Shown here in pieces: positions 1 through 14,490 of a stretch of 64,000 nt of DNA. Source of the DNA: the human T2T-CHM13v2.0 reference genome, Homo sapiens; assembly GCF_009914755.1 (NCBI RefSeq), contig NC_060931.1, one strand, 5' to 3'. Within the stretch, counting starts at the first letter, position 1. Each line of letters starts with the position of its first letter. Under the pieces are notes generated by a model that searched no databases, had not been told where the DNA came from, and saw nothing but the letters and a program-made list of their open reading frames with translations. The translations under genes and the position numbers were made by a program.

Positions 1-279
1 TTGCCTCATAATAAGCGCACACTCACATGTATATATGTTTATATGCGTATGTGTTTATATGTATCCATATATACACACGTGATAATGCAGGTATGCTTTT
101 TGATAGATGAAAGCCCTGAAGCACATTTAGACATTTTTGTTAAAGAAAATATGCTAGTAGCACATGAAAAATAAAATACATAAGAGTTACATAAGTTGAG
201 GGGCCACACAAAGCTTTTCCATAAATGTTGTGATTCTAGCCACAAGTAAAAATAGATTAGAAAGATTTGTTTGAAACAA

Positions 280-1010
280 CAGCTCAACTACCCACGATTC
301 GACCACCTGCAGTTTCACCTGTTGGGAGAACAACCAGGAGCAAGAAAATAAAACACAGAACCAGACTAGCCAGACTAGACACAGGGCAAGGTATGCACCG
401 CTGTCGTCATGGAGCAGGCCCTTGCGTAACGGGCCCCGCTCTCCCACTTGGGCTACGCACGTTCCTAACTAACAAAACACGACGCTCATCCTTCCAAGGC
501 CTCTGCAGATTAGAAACAGAAGGAGCCCTCCCTGCTGCCTTGGTGTGTTGGTAGCAACACAAAGTAACAATGGAAAGTAAGGGGGAAAAATAAGAAAACC
601 GTAACACGTAGAGGCAATACTTCCCAGAGCAGAGTTGCCTGGGTTCATGTACTCTAGGTACAAACAGGCCTTTAGGACCTCAGCGGACCCTGAAGACACT
701 GCCGCGTTCAAACACTGCCCACGAATCCATTTTCACACTGTTAGTGCTAAGTTGTAATGAAACGGTTACATTTTATTCTTTACTCAGTTGAAATTAGAGT
801 AGTGGGAAATATATTTTAGAATATTGTCCATTTGAAATATTTTAAAACAAGTGAGTTTAAAGCAGCAAACTTGTGACTCTACAAAAAAAATCTGGTTTAA
901 AACAACAAACATTCATTTCAGGGGGTCCTAGAGAGACAGAGCTTGCGCACGCGGGCGCGCGCACACACACACGCATACCTACAGTATACACATATGCGCA
1001 CTCATACACA
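280..1010. promoter_or_regulatory. CpG-retaining segment, possible CpG-island shore / promoter flank
   Basis: Many intact CpGs in non-repeat sequence (e.g. cacgattcgacc, tgcgtaacggg, tacgcacgtt, gccgcgtt, gcgcacgcgggcgcgcgc) compared with the CpG-depleted rest of the window. Confidence 0.4.
944..978. repeat. (GC)n/(CA)n alternating purine-pyrimidine tract
   Basis: tgcgcacgcgggcgcgcgcacacacacacgcatac. Confidence 0.85.
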
Positions 1011-1818
1011 CATTCCTATACAATAATTAGCTGAACTTCAGGAAGATGGGTTTCTTTTGTGTCTCAAACTAGGAAAAACAAAATAAACTGCTTTGCGTAA
1101 AAAAAAATTAAAGTTTGAAAATATCCACAGGGAGTAAGCAATACATTTCTTTAAACTCCAGAGATCAATGTAATTACTTTAAAAGACAGATCAATGTGAT
1201 TCAACTTTTGAATATCTAATATAAATATCACCCATTCTTTCCAGAAGAGATTCATTTTCATTACATTCTATAAAATACATTTTTCCCCTTCTGCAAAGCT
1301 GAAAGTACTTTCCAAATATCCTATTACATAGAGTTGAATCTGCCACTCTGAATTTTCTTGGGGAGATAGTAAGCTAGCAAAATTTCATCTGGAGATTTTA
1401 CAGTGAAACCTATAATCCCTGGCCTTCAAGATACAAGCTATATAGGAAGCAGAAAAAAAAAGGTTTCAGAACATCACAAACTTATGAACCAATTGTGGTT
1501 TCTGACTACTAGAAAGATTGAGAGCAATCTAAATTTAGTTATCAGAATTTTGCATAACAGTCAAGCCAAGCGCATGCTGGAAAAGCAAATTGAGTTCCCT
1601 ACTTCATCCCCACCAGTCTGATGCAGTAACACTGGAGGCTGGTGGCCTTGCCTAATTTTAATTGTCATTCCTGGTGGTAGGTGACTCACTCTTTGAGGGG
1701 CCCTGGCTATTTGAGTAGGTCTTTCCTTCTCTCTCTTAACGTCTGTTTTTTTCATCAAACACTTTGGAATTCAGATGTAAGATAGTCGCCTCTTCAAGCT
1801 TAAAATTTATCCTCTCCA

Positions 1819-2130
1819 TTGGAGGTTATTATTCTAAGTGAAGTAACTCAGGAATGGAAAACCAAACATCGTATATTCTCACTTATGAGTGGGAGCTAAG
1901 TTACGAGGACACAAAGGCATAAGAATGATACAATGGACTTTGGGGGCTCGGGGAAAGGGTGGGAGAGGAGGTGAGGGGTGAGGGAAAAAAGACTACACAT
2001 TAGGTCCAGTGAAGACTGCTTAGGTGATGGGTGAACCAAAATCTCAGAAATCACCACTAAGGAACTTATGTAACCGAACACCACCTGTTCCCCTAACACC
2101 TATTGAAATGAAAAAGAAATTTAAAAAAAT
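1819..2130 (+). mobile_element. L1PB-type LINE-1 3' end (5'-truncated)
   Basis: ctaagtgaagtaactcaggaatggaaaaccaaacatcg...agaatgatacaatggactttgggg...aaatcaccactaaggaactt followed by an A-rich tail; matches recalled L1PB1 3'UTR. Confidence 0.85.
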
Positions 2131-2576
2131 TACATTAAAAAAATTATCCTTTTTTTTTTTGACCTTGTTGAAAAAGAACATATTTATCCCTTTGGTAGCT
2201 TTCTTGGCCTTGAGTATACCACCTAGCGGAAAGAGGGGTAATTGCAGGTTCTTTTGAAAACAAAAATGCTTTGAATGTTTCCATGACTCTAGGGAGATTT
2301 GGCAATCAGACTTTTTTGTCCAACATTTCCAGGAGATGTGAATGAGCTCTGATTTCCACAAGGTATCATTAAATCTTAAGCACTTAGCAAAAATATATTT
2401 AATAACATACTTAAAATTATTAATTATTGCTGGAATAAGTATTTTGTTTAGGGTAAACTTTCGAAATGATTTAGGCTGGCATTTCATCATTTTTGATGTG
2501 ATACACGTATGTTTTATAGTACATTGGGCACCCTTGTATAATTACTATGTTTAACTCATCTACAGTTTGTTTCTTC

Positions 2577-3180
<604 letters not shown>

Positions 3181-3441
3181 ACATCTGCAGTTTGTGTATA
3201 ATTTAGATATGCCTATTTTGTGGGATTTAGGGCAGAGTGTTAATCTTCTAAATTATTACCAGAGTTTACAGTTGAGTCTCTGATTTTGTAATAAGATGTT
3301 TGTTAGAGAGACGGTTTGTTCTGAAATTGGTCAGCTTTCTAACTCTCAACTTTCACATTGTTCCTTATCCTTAGATATAACTTGCTGGGTGATGTCCCAC
3401 ACTTGTTGGGTGATGTTGGTGGTTTTAAAGATGGGCTACCA

Positions 3442-3771
<330 letters not shown>

Positions 3772-4466
3772 TCAGGGAAATCACTGCTTTAAAAGCTTTC
3801 TTGACAAATGATGCCAGAGAAAATTTAATTTTATGCTGAATGCAAAGCCACAAACATAAATGGATAGTGTAGGGTTTCCTGTTCTAAGATTTCAGGAATA
3901 AAATAGGAGAAGCCAAGTTCTGTCCTTGTCCCATGCAACATTATAAATTAGGAGTGCATTTTGATAGTCCCAAAACTATACCTTAATTTAAGAAAATGGA
4001 ATACAAGCAATAAATATAATACTATAAATACATACAATAATTATGATATTATAAATATGACTCTATAAAAAAGACAGTCCCTGTTTCTTCCCTTCTTATT
4101 TGTAAGACATCGTCATCTTCCAAGCTGTCTTAATTAACTGCCACCCATAAGCATGACTGTTGTCACAGATGGGTGCTATTCAAAACGGTTAGCAATTCAT
4201 TTACACACGCCCCCAAAGGAGAAAACACGATTCATTCAGCTGAAAGAACTGCCTGTGAAAGCAGAGTGGAATTCTCAGTGGTGGAAAATATAAAATAGAT
4301 TGTCCCGAAATAGACTGCCACTTGGAAAGTGTCTTTTGCTTCTGGTGGTGGTAAGAGCATAGTAAGAGCGTGGCCTACTCCAATGGAAATTGTTCCACAC
4401 CATGCCACGACAACTAAGCGTGACCACTCTGTCACTTCAGAAAAAGAACTGGTTAAGTACGTTATG

Positions 4467-4680
4467 CAGCATTTCTAAAAATGTGGGTCCGCAGAACTCT
4501 ACTTTCTCTGAATGCTCATAGATGTATTTGAAATAGTGTTGTGGTCAAATAACATGACCAGAAATGCTCTTAGTGTAGGCTATCGTAGAGTGTTTAATTT
4601 CATTACCAATGAAATCCTTTCTTCTCACTGAGGAGCTCCTGACACTAGTGTTTCTAGAAACTGGCTTTAGGAAACATTGG
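4467..4680. mobile_element. Old hAT-Charlie (Charlie4-like) DNA transposon fragment
   Basis: cagcatttctaaaaatgtgggtccgcagaac...gtggtcaaataa...tttaggaaacattg resembles Charlie4 termini. Confidence 0.5.
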
Positions 4681-4816
4681 CTTCAGAGGTTATTTTAACT
4701 CAGAAGTATTCCCATGCACATGCACAAATATCTGCATGCATATATTAAATATGAATTTGGAAAAACTGGGCCAGTGTTCTCTGTGCCCTGTAATTTACTA
4801 CATAGTTTACTGTGAA

Positions 4817-4850
4817 TTATACATATATAATTATAATTATATATGTATAA
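4817..4850. repeat. Perfect 34-bp AT-rich palindrome
   Basis: ttatacatatataattataattatatatgtataa equals its own reverse complement. Confidence 0.9.
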
Positions 4851-5181
4851 ATACACATATATATACACTTAAGTATTTATTATAAAATTGAACTATTCAT
4901 TTCATGGTGAAATCTTTAGTTAAGAATCGCTACACAGCACATTGTCTCTGCCCTCAAGACCTCAGTTGGGTGGGAGCAAAAACAGACATGGGAAAAAACA
5001 GTTTCAATGTATGTGGAGAAGATGTTTTTGAGCTACTGCTAAAGAATGTTCTGGGAGACCAAAAGAGAAGAAATTTACTTCATTTTCGGACAGACTAAGT
5101 ATTTCATTTGTTGGACATACTTCATTTGATAACAGTGGATCTTGGAGGAGACAAATGCTTGAACTGAGTACTGAAGAATAA

Positions 5182-5815
<634 letters not shown>

Positions 5816-5839
5816 TATAAGATCACTGAAGGGTTTTGA

Positions 5840-6328
<489 letters not shown>

Positions 6329-6399
6329 TGATTTAAACAATTACGTATATAGTCTATACATAGGCATGCAAACAGAACTAAACCAAAATAAGTACATCA

Positions 6400-6600
6400 T
6401 GTGCATTGTTCTAATTATACCACATATATTAATTCCCTTAATTTTTGTAACAACCTGGTGGGATAGGGGTTAGTATTACTGCCAATTGACAGATGGGAAA
6501 ATGAGGACATAAGTTTTCTAAGGTGACAACAGCTAGTAAGTGATGAATCCTGGATTCGAACCCTTGCTTTGTGGCTCCATTACTCTCTATTGCCTCTCAT
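6400..6600 (-). mobile_element. MIR
   Basis: acagatgggaaaatgagg...aaggtgacaacagctagtaagtga...ggattcgaaccc core. Confidence 0.75.
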
Positions 6601-6644
6601 ATTATTATGCAATTATTTTCTTTACTTAAAAATATACTTTGCAT

Positions 6645-7225
6645 CCTTAATAGATTAAACATAGAATTTCCATGTGACCCAGCAATTCCATGCCTATGTA
6701 TATACCCCAAAGAATTGAAAACAGTTACTCAAACAAATACACGCACATGCATGGTTATAGAAGCTCTATTCACAACAGCCAGGAGGTAGAAATAACACAA
6801 ACGTCCATGGACAGATGAAGAGATTAACAAAATGTGTATGTCCGTATGATGAAATATTATTTTAGCTATAAGAAAGAATAAAATACAGACACATGCTATA
6901 ATACGGATGAATCTGAAGAAAATGATAGTAAATTTAAAAAGTCAGACATGAAAGGCCACATATTGTATAATTCAACTTACATGAAATGTCCAAAATAGAG
7001 AAACAGGGACAAAAAGCAGACTAGCAGTTACCAGAAGCTGAGGGAAACAGTAATGAGAAATGATGCTTAAAACAGGGCTACCTTCTGGGGCACTGCAAAT
7101 GTTCTGGAACTAGACAGTGGTGAAGACTGCACAACAGTGTGAATGTGTTAGACGTCACTGAGTTCTCTATTTTAAAATGATTTAAGTGGTGAATTTCATG
7201 TAATGTGTGTGTATTTTACCAATAT
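6645..7225 (+). mobile_element. L1MB-type LINE-1 3' fragment
   Basis: catagaatttccatgtgacccagcaattcc...ttctggaactagacagtggtgaagactgcacaacagtgtgaat (ORF2 end and 3'UTR). Confidence 0.85.
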
Positions 7226-7440
7226 CGCTATTTTTAAGCAAAGAATCCAGTGGCATTTAGTATATTCATAATACTGTACAATGAAAGCCTAGAACATAGT
7301 AGGTGCTTAATAAAGATAAATATATATTTTTATAAATTTATGTTTTAATAGAATTATGTGCTCTTTAAAAAGATTCAGATAATACAAAAAGTTTTAATTA
7401 TAATAACTATGTAAGTACAATAGCTAACACATTCATTGTT

Positions 7441-7750
7441 TATTTTTTTTTATTTTTATTTTTACTTTGAGACAGGTCTCACTCTGTTGCCCAGGCTGGA
7501 GAGCAGTGGCACAATCTCGGCCGAGTGCAGCCTCTAACTCCCGGGCTCAAGCAAGCGTTCCACCTTGGCTTCCCAAGTAGCTGGGACTACAAGCATAGGC
7601 CATGACACTCAGCTACTTTTGTTTATATTTTGTAGAGATGGAGTCTTACTATGTTGCCCAGGCTGGTTTCAAACTCTTGGGCTCAAGCAATCCACCTGCT
7701 TTGGCCTCCCAAAATGTTGAGATTACAGGTGTGAGCCACTGTGTCCAGCC
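7441..7750 (-). mobile_element. AluJ inserted in a MIR
   Basis: Alu dimer; TSD cattcattgttta at 7430-7442 and 7752-7764. Confidence 0.94.
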
Positions 7751-7764
7751 TCATTCATTGTTTA

Positions 7765-7950
7765 CAAGTTCTAGATACTGCTAAGGTTCTATGAATATTA
7801 ATATGTTTTATCCTCATAACTGCTCTATGAAATGTGTTATTCTCATCCCTGATTTATAGATGATACAACAGAGGCTCAGAAAGGCTAGGTAACTTGACTA
7901 ACGTCACATAGCTCATAAGTGGCAGAGCCAGAAATACAAACCATACAGCT
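7765..7950 (-). mobile_element. MIR
   Basis: atcctcataac...tttatagatgatacaacagaggctcagaaaggctaggtaacttg...ggcagagcca. Confidence 0.8.
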
Positions 7951-9349
7951 TGTCTCAGCATTACTAATATCATCAAGTGTCACCTTCTCTCATGACATGA
8001 GACGTCCTTTCCTGCTCATATTTGGGGAGGGGTGGAGATTGTCTTCCATGCACCCCTGAGTCCTCCACTTGAGCCCTGCTCCTCTGTGGCATCTATTCCG
8101 TACCACAGTGGGTGACCTTTCATTGCATTCCCATTCTGGCCTGGAATGCACTGGTGTTGTGACCCTCACTTCACAGGTCCCTGATGGCAGACTGATGGGT
8201 CATGTTGGGAATTGGAGGTGGTGACCTGACACAAAGTTGGTTAAAGGGTCAGAGGAATTAAAGGGAACTGCAACATATGAGGGAAAGAATTGAAAACTTC
8301 GCCTTTAGTGTGAATTTCCCCTGAGTCCATGACATGAACACTCTTGTAGGTCTCTTATAGGAACCCTGAGTTCCTGACTTCCACATCCATAGGACTCTGC
8401 TCTTGCCTGAGAATACCTTCTTCTCTGAGCCTTTGTTCTGTGACTTTGCACTGTCCCTTAAGGAGATTCTATCTTGATGACAAGGTTTAGTCTCCCCCAG
8501 CCACATCCATTCCTCTCCTACAGTAATATTTTTCTCCCATTCTGACCCTGGAGCTCCCCCTGGTCAAGCTGTTGTGTCCCCCTGTGGAGTATTTTGAGGG
8601 GAGTTATTCTTCCACTTACAGCTCATTATTTTACTACTAAATATTCCACTAACATATATTCTATGTACTATGAATATATTTGGTGTATATCATTTCATAT
8701 GTTGTCTTTGTATTCTTAAACACGAAACCACACTAAAGAAAACAAATGCAGTACAGTGTGTTTAATTGCTTTTAAGGTTAACTGTATCTCATGGACATTT
8801 ATTAATGTCAAACACAGAGTTTCATAATTATTTTTTGCTATTTTAAACTAAATATTTTATTTTTATTATTTATTTTTTACATTGAGTTCCTGCCCTGGGA
8901 CCTTTATAATTCTTAATGGTTGTGTAAAACTCCATTGTGTGGCTGAACCATCATACGTGTTGAATTCCAGCTTGATGGATGAAGAGGTTATTACCCCTTC
9001 CTGTCTGTGGCACACACTTCCCTGAATACACATTTTTTTTTCATGCATATTTGCCACATTCTAGATTTTCCTAAGATTTGCTAGTTTAGAAATAATATAA
9101 TTTATTTAATCCACTCACAATAAGTACCTTTTTTCACTTTTAAACCACAGAAAAATGAATAAGTAGAAGTGTGAAAACACACATATGTATATTTGTGTGT
9201 GGGTGTGTATATATATGGTGTGTGTATATATGTGTGTGTGCATATACATATATATGGTACATTAAGCATTTCAAATTGGGATGGGGATGAAGAGAATGCA
9301 TTGGTTAGTTCAATGGAGTTGAAAATTTGATGAATATTTGTCACAAAGT

Positions 9350-9920
9350 GGCACATACTTATTTAAAAATAAATTCCAGATGAAATATAAAAGGTAAAGG
9401 ACATTAGATATCAAAAATGTTAAAACTTCTGTGCTTTTAAAGAACTATAAACAAAAAAGTAAGACAGATGATAAACTCAGGAAAATATTTTCAGTCTATT
9501 AAAAAGAAATGCTGGATTTAATATGTTAGAATGGTTATTAATGAAAAAAGAACAAAATCCCAATGAAAACATGGCTTAAGGATATGAAAAGGCATTTCAT
9601 GGAGGAGAAAGTACAGTCAGTAAGCATGTACTGATTAAAGAGATGATGTAGATTAAAACAACAATGGGATTCTACTTTTGTCTATAAAACTTAAACACAT
9701 TAAGTTTTTAAGTTTTATATGTATTTAAGTTTTATAGATAAAAGAATCCCATTGTTTAAGTATATTACATTAAGTAATGTACTTAATTACATTACTCTAT
9801 ATTTGTGAGGGCATTGGGTTATTGAAAAGCAGACTCACTCATTTTTGGTGGCAATAGAAATTGAAATTACTATTTCAGTTTCTGTTACCAAACTGGAGAG
9901 CAGTTTAGTAATCCATTCGA
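9350..9920 (+). mobile_element. Old L1M(E) ORF2 fragment containing inverted duplications
   Basis: ttaaaacttctgtgc...ggcttaaggatatgaaaaggcatttca...gattaaaacaacaatggga...actcactcatttttggtggcaatagaaatt. Confidence 0.6.
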
Positions 9921-9979
9921 TATCTGTTAACTCAGGTATATTCTTTAGCATAAGAATGTATATAAAGCTGGGTGTCTAG

Positions 9980-10500
<521 letters not shown>

Positions 10501-10670
10501 AGTGATGATGGCAGAGTAGTCAAAATGATTTTTATTAGTTTCTGCAGTAAATCATTTCAGAAATTTTTTACTTCTTCAAGTATTCAAGATATTTCCTTTC
10601 CGTTATGAGGATTTTTTTTTCATAAGCTACCCCAACCCTTTTTTTCTACGTAATCTTCAAATAAAAATTG

Positions 10671-10976
10671 GGCTAGGTGTGGTGGCTTATACCTATAATC
10701 TCAGCACTTTGGGAGGCCAAGGTGGGAGGATTGCTTGAGCCCAGGAGTTGGAGACCAGCCTGGGGGCAACACAGTGAGACCTCGTCTGTACAAAAAATAA
10801 AAATATTAGCTGCTTGCAGTGGCAAGTGCCAGTAGTCCCAGCTACTTGGGAGGCTGAGATGGGAGGATCGCTTGAGCCCAGGAAGGCAGTGAGCTGTGAT
10901 CGCGCCACTGCACTCCAACCTCCTGGGTGACAGAGTAAGACCCTGTCTCAAAAAAAAAAAAAAAAAAAAAACAAAA
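10671..10976 (+). mobile_element. AluJ
   Basis: ggaggattgcttgagcccaggag (J-type), poly(A) tail. Confidence 0.95.
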
Positions 10977-12584
10977 GAGTGGCTTGCTGGGGTGGCTGTT
11001 AACACAGTAGTGTATGTGGAATGCCTGTGGCTCTATTTTGTATCTATGTCGTTCTTCCTCACATTTCATGCAGTTTTATGGCAGACTTCTTCGGCTTCAG
11101 TGGGCTTTCATCTAGGGCATTTCTGCTGGCTTGAGATTCCTGATACTCTGTGCAAATGGAGAAAATTAAAAACCTGCAGTCCCTAGGCTGTCCAGTTACC
11201 TATGTGGGTCCTCTGTTCTTGTCTTTAGCTCTTTGGTGGATGGTGGCTCCCAGAATGCAATAAACTCCCATTGTTCTGGATGTTGCAGTTTCTGACTAGT
11301 TGGGGAAAGGAGAGGCACCCTGGGAAAAGACTAACAGTGCATGGCTTGTCTTAAAAACCTCTACCCAAACATTAGAAAAATGGCTGAATGGAAGAGTCTG
11401 AATCAGGAGGTTGAAGCTGGGAAAGGAGGAAGCACATCTGTTAGTATTTTAGAATAGAAGCCTCTATTAATTTCAGAGGAAAGCACCAATTAGTCATCTA
11501 TTGTTTTTGTCAATGGGTTGACTTTGGACTTAGAGTTACAGAAAAATGTCTCCCAGATTCTGGCAAGCATCTTTTTTTTTTTTCTTTTTTTAAGACAAAT
11601 TGTATTATGACTGTCATTAAAAAAAAAACCTTTGTGTGTATTTTAATGGGAAATAGGAGGATGTGTCAGGGGCTGCTAGCCAGATGGGATTTTTAACCAA
11701 TTCATTTGAAAATTTGTAACATAATGAAATCCTGTCGCTATTTATCTCTTCAGAAATGAGCACAGCTAGTTATTTGACAATTTCTACATGAAAAGCTTAA
11801 TTTTTAGAAGCACATTATAAAAGAATCTCTGTGCATAGAATACTTTATTCTGCTGTTTATATTCACTTGGACCTTATTACAACAGTTTTGAAGTTAGTAG
11901 CTGCATTGATGGATTGCTTACCTTTTTTCCCTGGTAAGGCTGTAAGGTTGGGGAAAACTCTTCATAAAAGGTAGTTTTTTATGTGTGTGCATGTGCAACA
12001 AGGGGGGAAGGGAACTTTCTTAGGAAATGTTGGCTAAGTTAGCAGATAAATGTCATGTCTAAGTGAAGATTACCTGACCAAAAATGAACCCACTGTCAGC
12101 TAATTTCTGTCTACAAATATGCCAAAAACTCTAGGATAAATTGGCATTTCTGGTTTCAGCTGTGAAAATAAGAAGGCCAAAGTATTGAGAGCATAATGTT
12201 CTGTAATAATAATTGCATTTTGCAAGGTCATCGTGCTCAAGGACATCCTTAAGTAGCTATTGTTTTATTTCAGTAAGGTCTCTGGCTCCTACTTGACTCC
12301 AGTTTTAAAAGCAGGTTTGTCTCTAAAACAACAGCATTGACGTAAGCTGTAGCCACTAGAGTGAACAAGGGTGAATGTCAGCTTGGCCCTGGAGATGAGT
12401 ACATATATATATTTTTCAAGTTTTCAAGTTTAATCACCAATGCTTTCCATTGATTTACGTGAATACAAAGTCACCATATTAGTAAGATCACGCTGTTTTA
12501 AAATGACTTAATCTAACATAAATGAGCCTTTATAAACCAAATGAATTTTCAACCTACATGGATCTTATCCAGTTCTTTGCAAGA

Positions 12585-12645
12585 AATCTGCTAGCTAGGC
12601 ATTATTACCATCCTCATTTTACAGGTGAGAAAACTGAGGACCACC
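12585..12645 (-). mobile_element. MIR core fragment
   Basis: attattaccatcctcattttacaggtgagaaaactgagg. Confidence 0.65.
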
Positions 12646-13099
12646 AGGTCCCAGTCCCTTGGGTGGCAGAACACAGCAGCCAAACGCTGCTCCCATGACA
12701 TGACCAGAGGTCTTGGGGCTACGAGACCAGGGCTGTTTCCACCATTATAACAGTCTCTGAATCTAGACAATGCTAGAACTTCCTTCTCTTGGATTGAAAA
12801 AGTCTTTCTTTTGTCTCAGTTTACACAGCAACAGCTTAGAAAATATTACTTTATTTAAAAATTTTATAAAATCTGCCTAACAATATTACAGCAAGATTGT
12901 TTACTGTATAGGGAAAAAAAATTTTAGTGCTATTGCCCCAATCATATTCTTATTCTTTTTTGTTGTGGGAAGAAATACATAACATAAATTAGATTCTTTT
13001 CATTTTTGTATGTCTGAATCTATACTCTTTTGGTGACATATTCCCTGGTGACTGTAATATGTCTGTATCTTTTTCATAGATATTTATTGTATTTACTAT

Positions 13100-13320
13100 A
13101 ATTTATTGATCACTATCCGGTTTCAGTAACTGGGATAAGCTGTTTCATATTTTCTTACTCAATTTTCTACACTCATATTTTCTTCACTCAATTTTCTCAA
13201 CTCTTTAAAGTAGATGTCAGTATTTTGCATTTTGCAAATGAAAAACTTGAAATTCAGAATGGTTAGCTAGCTTGCCAAATTTAATACAGTGAATTAGCAA
13301 AGAGAGGATGTGAGCTTGGC
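13100..13320 (-). mobile_element. MIR with internal ~28-bp tandem duplication (13145-13201)
   Basis: cattttgcaaatgaaaaacttgaaattcaga...; tcatattttctt(c)actcaattttct twice. Confidence 0.55.
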
Positions 13321-14059
13321 TTTTTATCAAAATTACCAGCATAATGACAATATAGGATTCAATCAAGGGGCCCTTCTAAAGTATAGCTAACACATTTGTT
13401 AGACCATTAATTTAAGTCCAGGTTTTTGCTATAATAAATATCAGAACTGGGAAGGGTTTTGAAGGCAGCGTTTCCCACTATTTAGGTTACTTCCTTAGGA
13501 CAGATTCTCAGAATGTAGTTCTTAAAGTCAATTGTTATGGATAGTTTTACTATACTTGATATATACTTCCAAATTGCTTTGCAAAAGTGGCTCTTCAGTT
13601 TGTACTGCAGCCACTGTTGAATCTAAGTTTACTTACGTTCTGCCTTTCTGCTAAAGCCTTTTCAGAGAGTTATGGCTATAAAACAAAGTGTAAATATTCA
13701 TGGGGAAGTTTAAGAAACCACTTTACAGATAGCTCCCTAAAGGCATAGGAGCAGTGGAGCGTGGAATGCGTTGTTGGTACTCAGGGAGGCAGCCATGCAC
13801 CTGTGCATATTTGAAGACAGATAGGATGCCCAAATGCATGCAGCAAGATGTGCAATTCTCCCATTTTATCCCTCTCCAATCACGATTGTGCTGAGCTTTC
13901 CATGTCTGGGCAAAAATGTGAAAATGGTTCAGAAGAGAGTTGCCATTAAATAATCAGAAAGTAAAGCTCGTAAGTCAAGATAAAATGAGGTGAAATGATT
14001 TGGCTGGGAAAAGTCTTTGAAGTCTTCAGTGACATGAGGAAGAGGACCAGCTCTTCTGG

Positions 14060-14270
14060 ATGTAAGATGCAGTGAAAAGGTCCCAGGTTTTGAATAAGAG
14101 AAAGCTGGCTGTGAACTTCGACTCTTTTACCTACTCTCTGTGTGATCTTGGGCAAATACTGACCTCCCTGCATATCAATTTCCTAATCTATAATATGGGC
14201 ATAATATCCATTTCAAAGAGTTGTCAGAAGGACTAAATGAGATGACATGGTAAAGTGTCCACAACAGATG
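14060..14270 (+). mobile_element. MIR
   Basis: ctgtgtgatcttgggcaaatactgacctc...tttcctaatctataatatgggcataat. Confidence 0.75.
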
Positions 14271-14271
14271 A

Positions 14272-14490
14272 TACACACCAAATTCAGGATGGTAGCTTCT
14301 CTGCAGGAGGAAGGAAGGAGAATGGGACAGAGACAGGTAGCAAAGGGAGCTTTAATTTTAACTGAGATAGTTTGTGTCTTTTATTCAAATTTAAAGAGAT
14401 CGGAAGCAAGCATAAAAATATGTTGACATGTGTGGATCTGGAGACAGTGCTTGTTACGTAATTTTCCATACTTTGTTTTCGTTTTCAATT
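14272..14490 (+). mobile_element. Old L1M 3'UTR fragment
   Basis: tacacaccaaattcaggatggtagcttctctg...aagggagctttaattt. Confidence 0.5.

Noticed and set aside
187-447. 86-aa minus-strand ORF with a hydrophobic stretch and a splice-acceptor-like ttctcccaacag at 319-330
   Set aside because: No ATG start, no recognisable homology and no convincing downstream donor; it cannot be called an exon from sequence alone.
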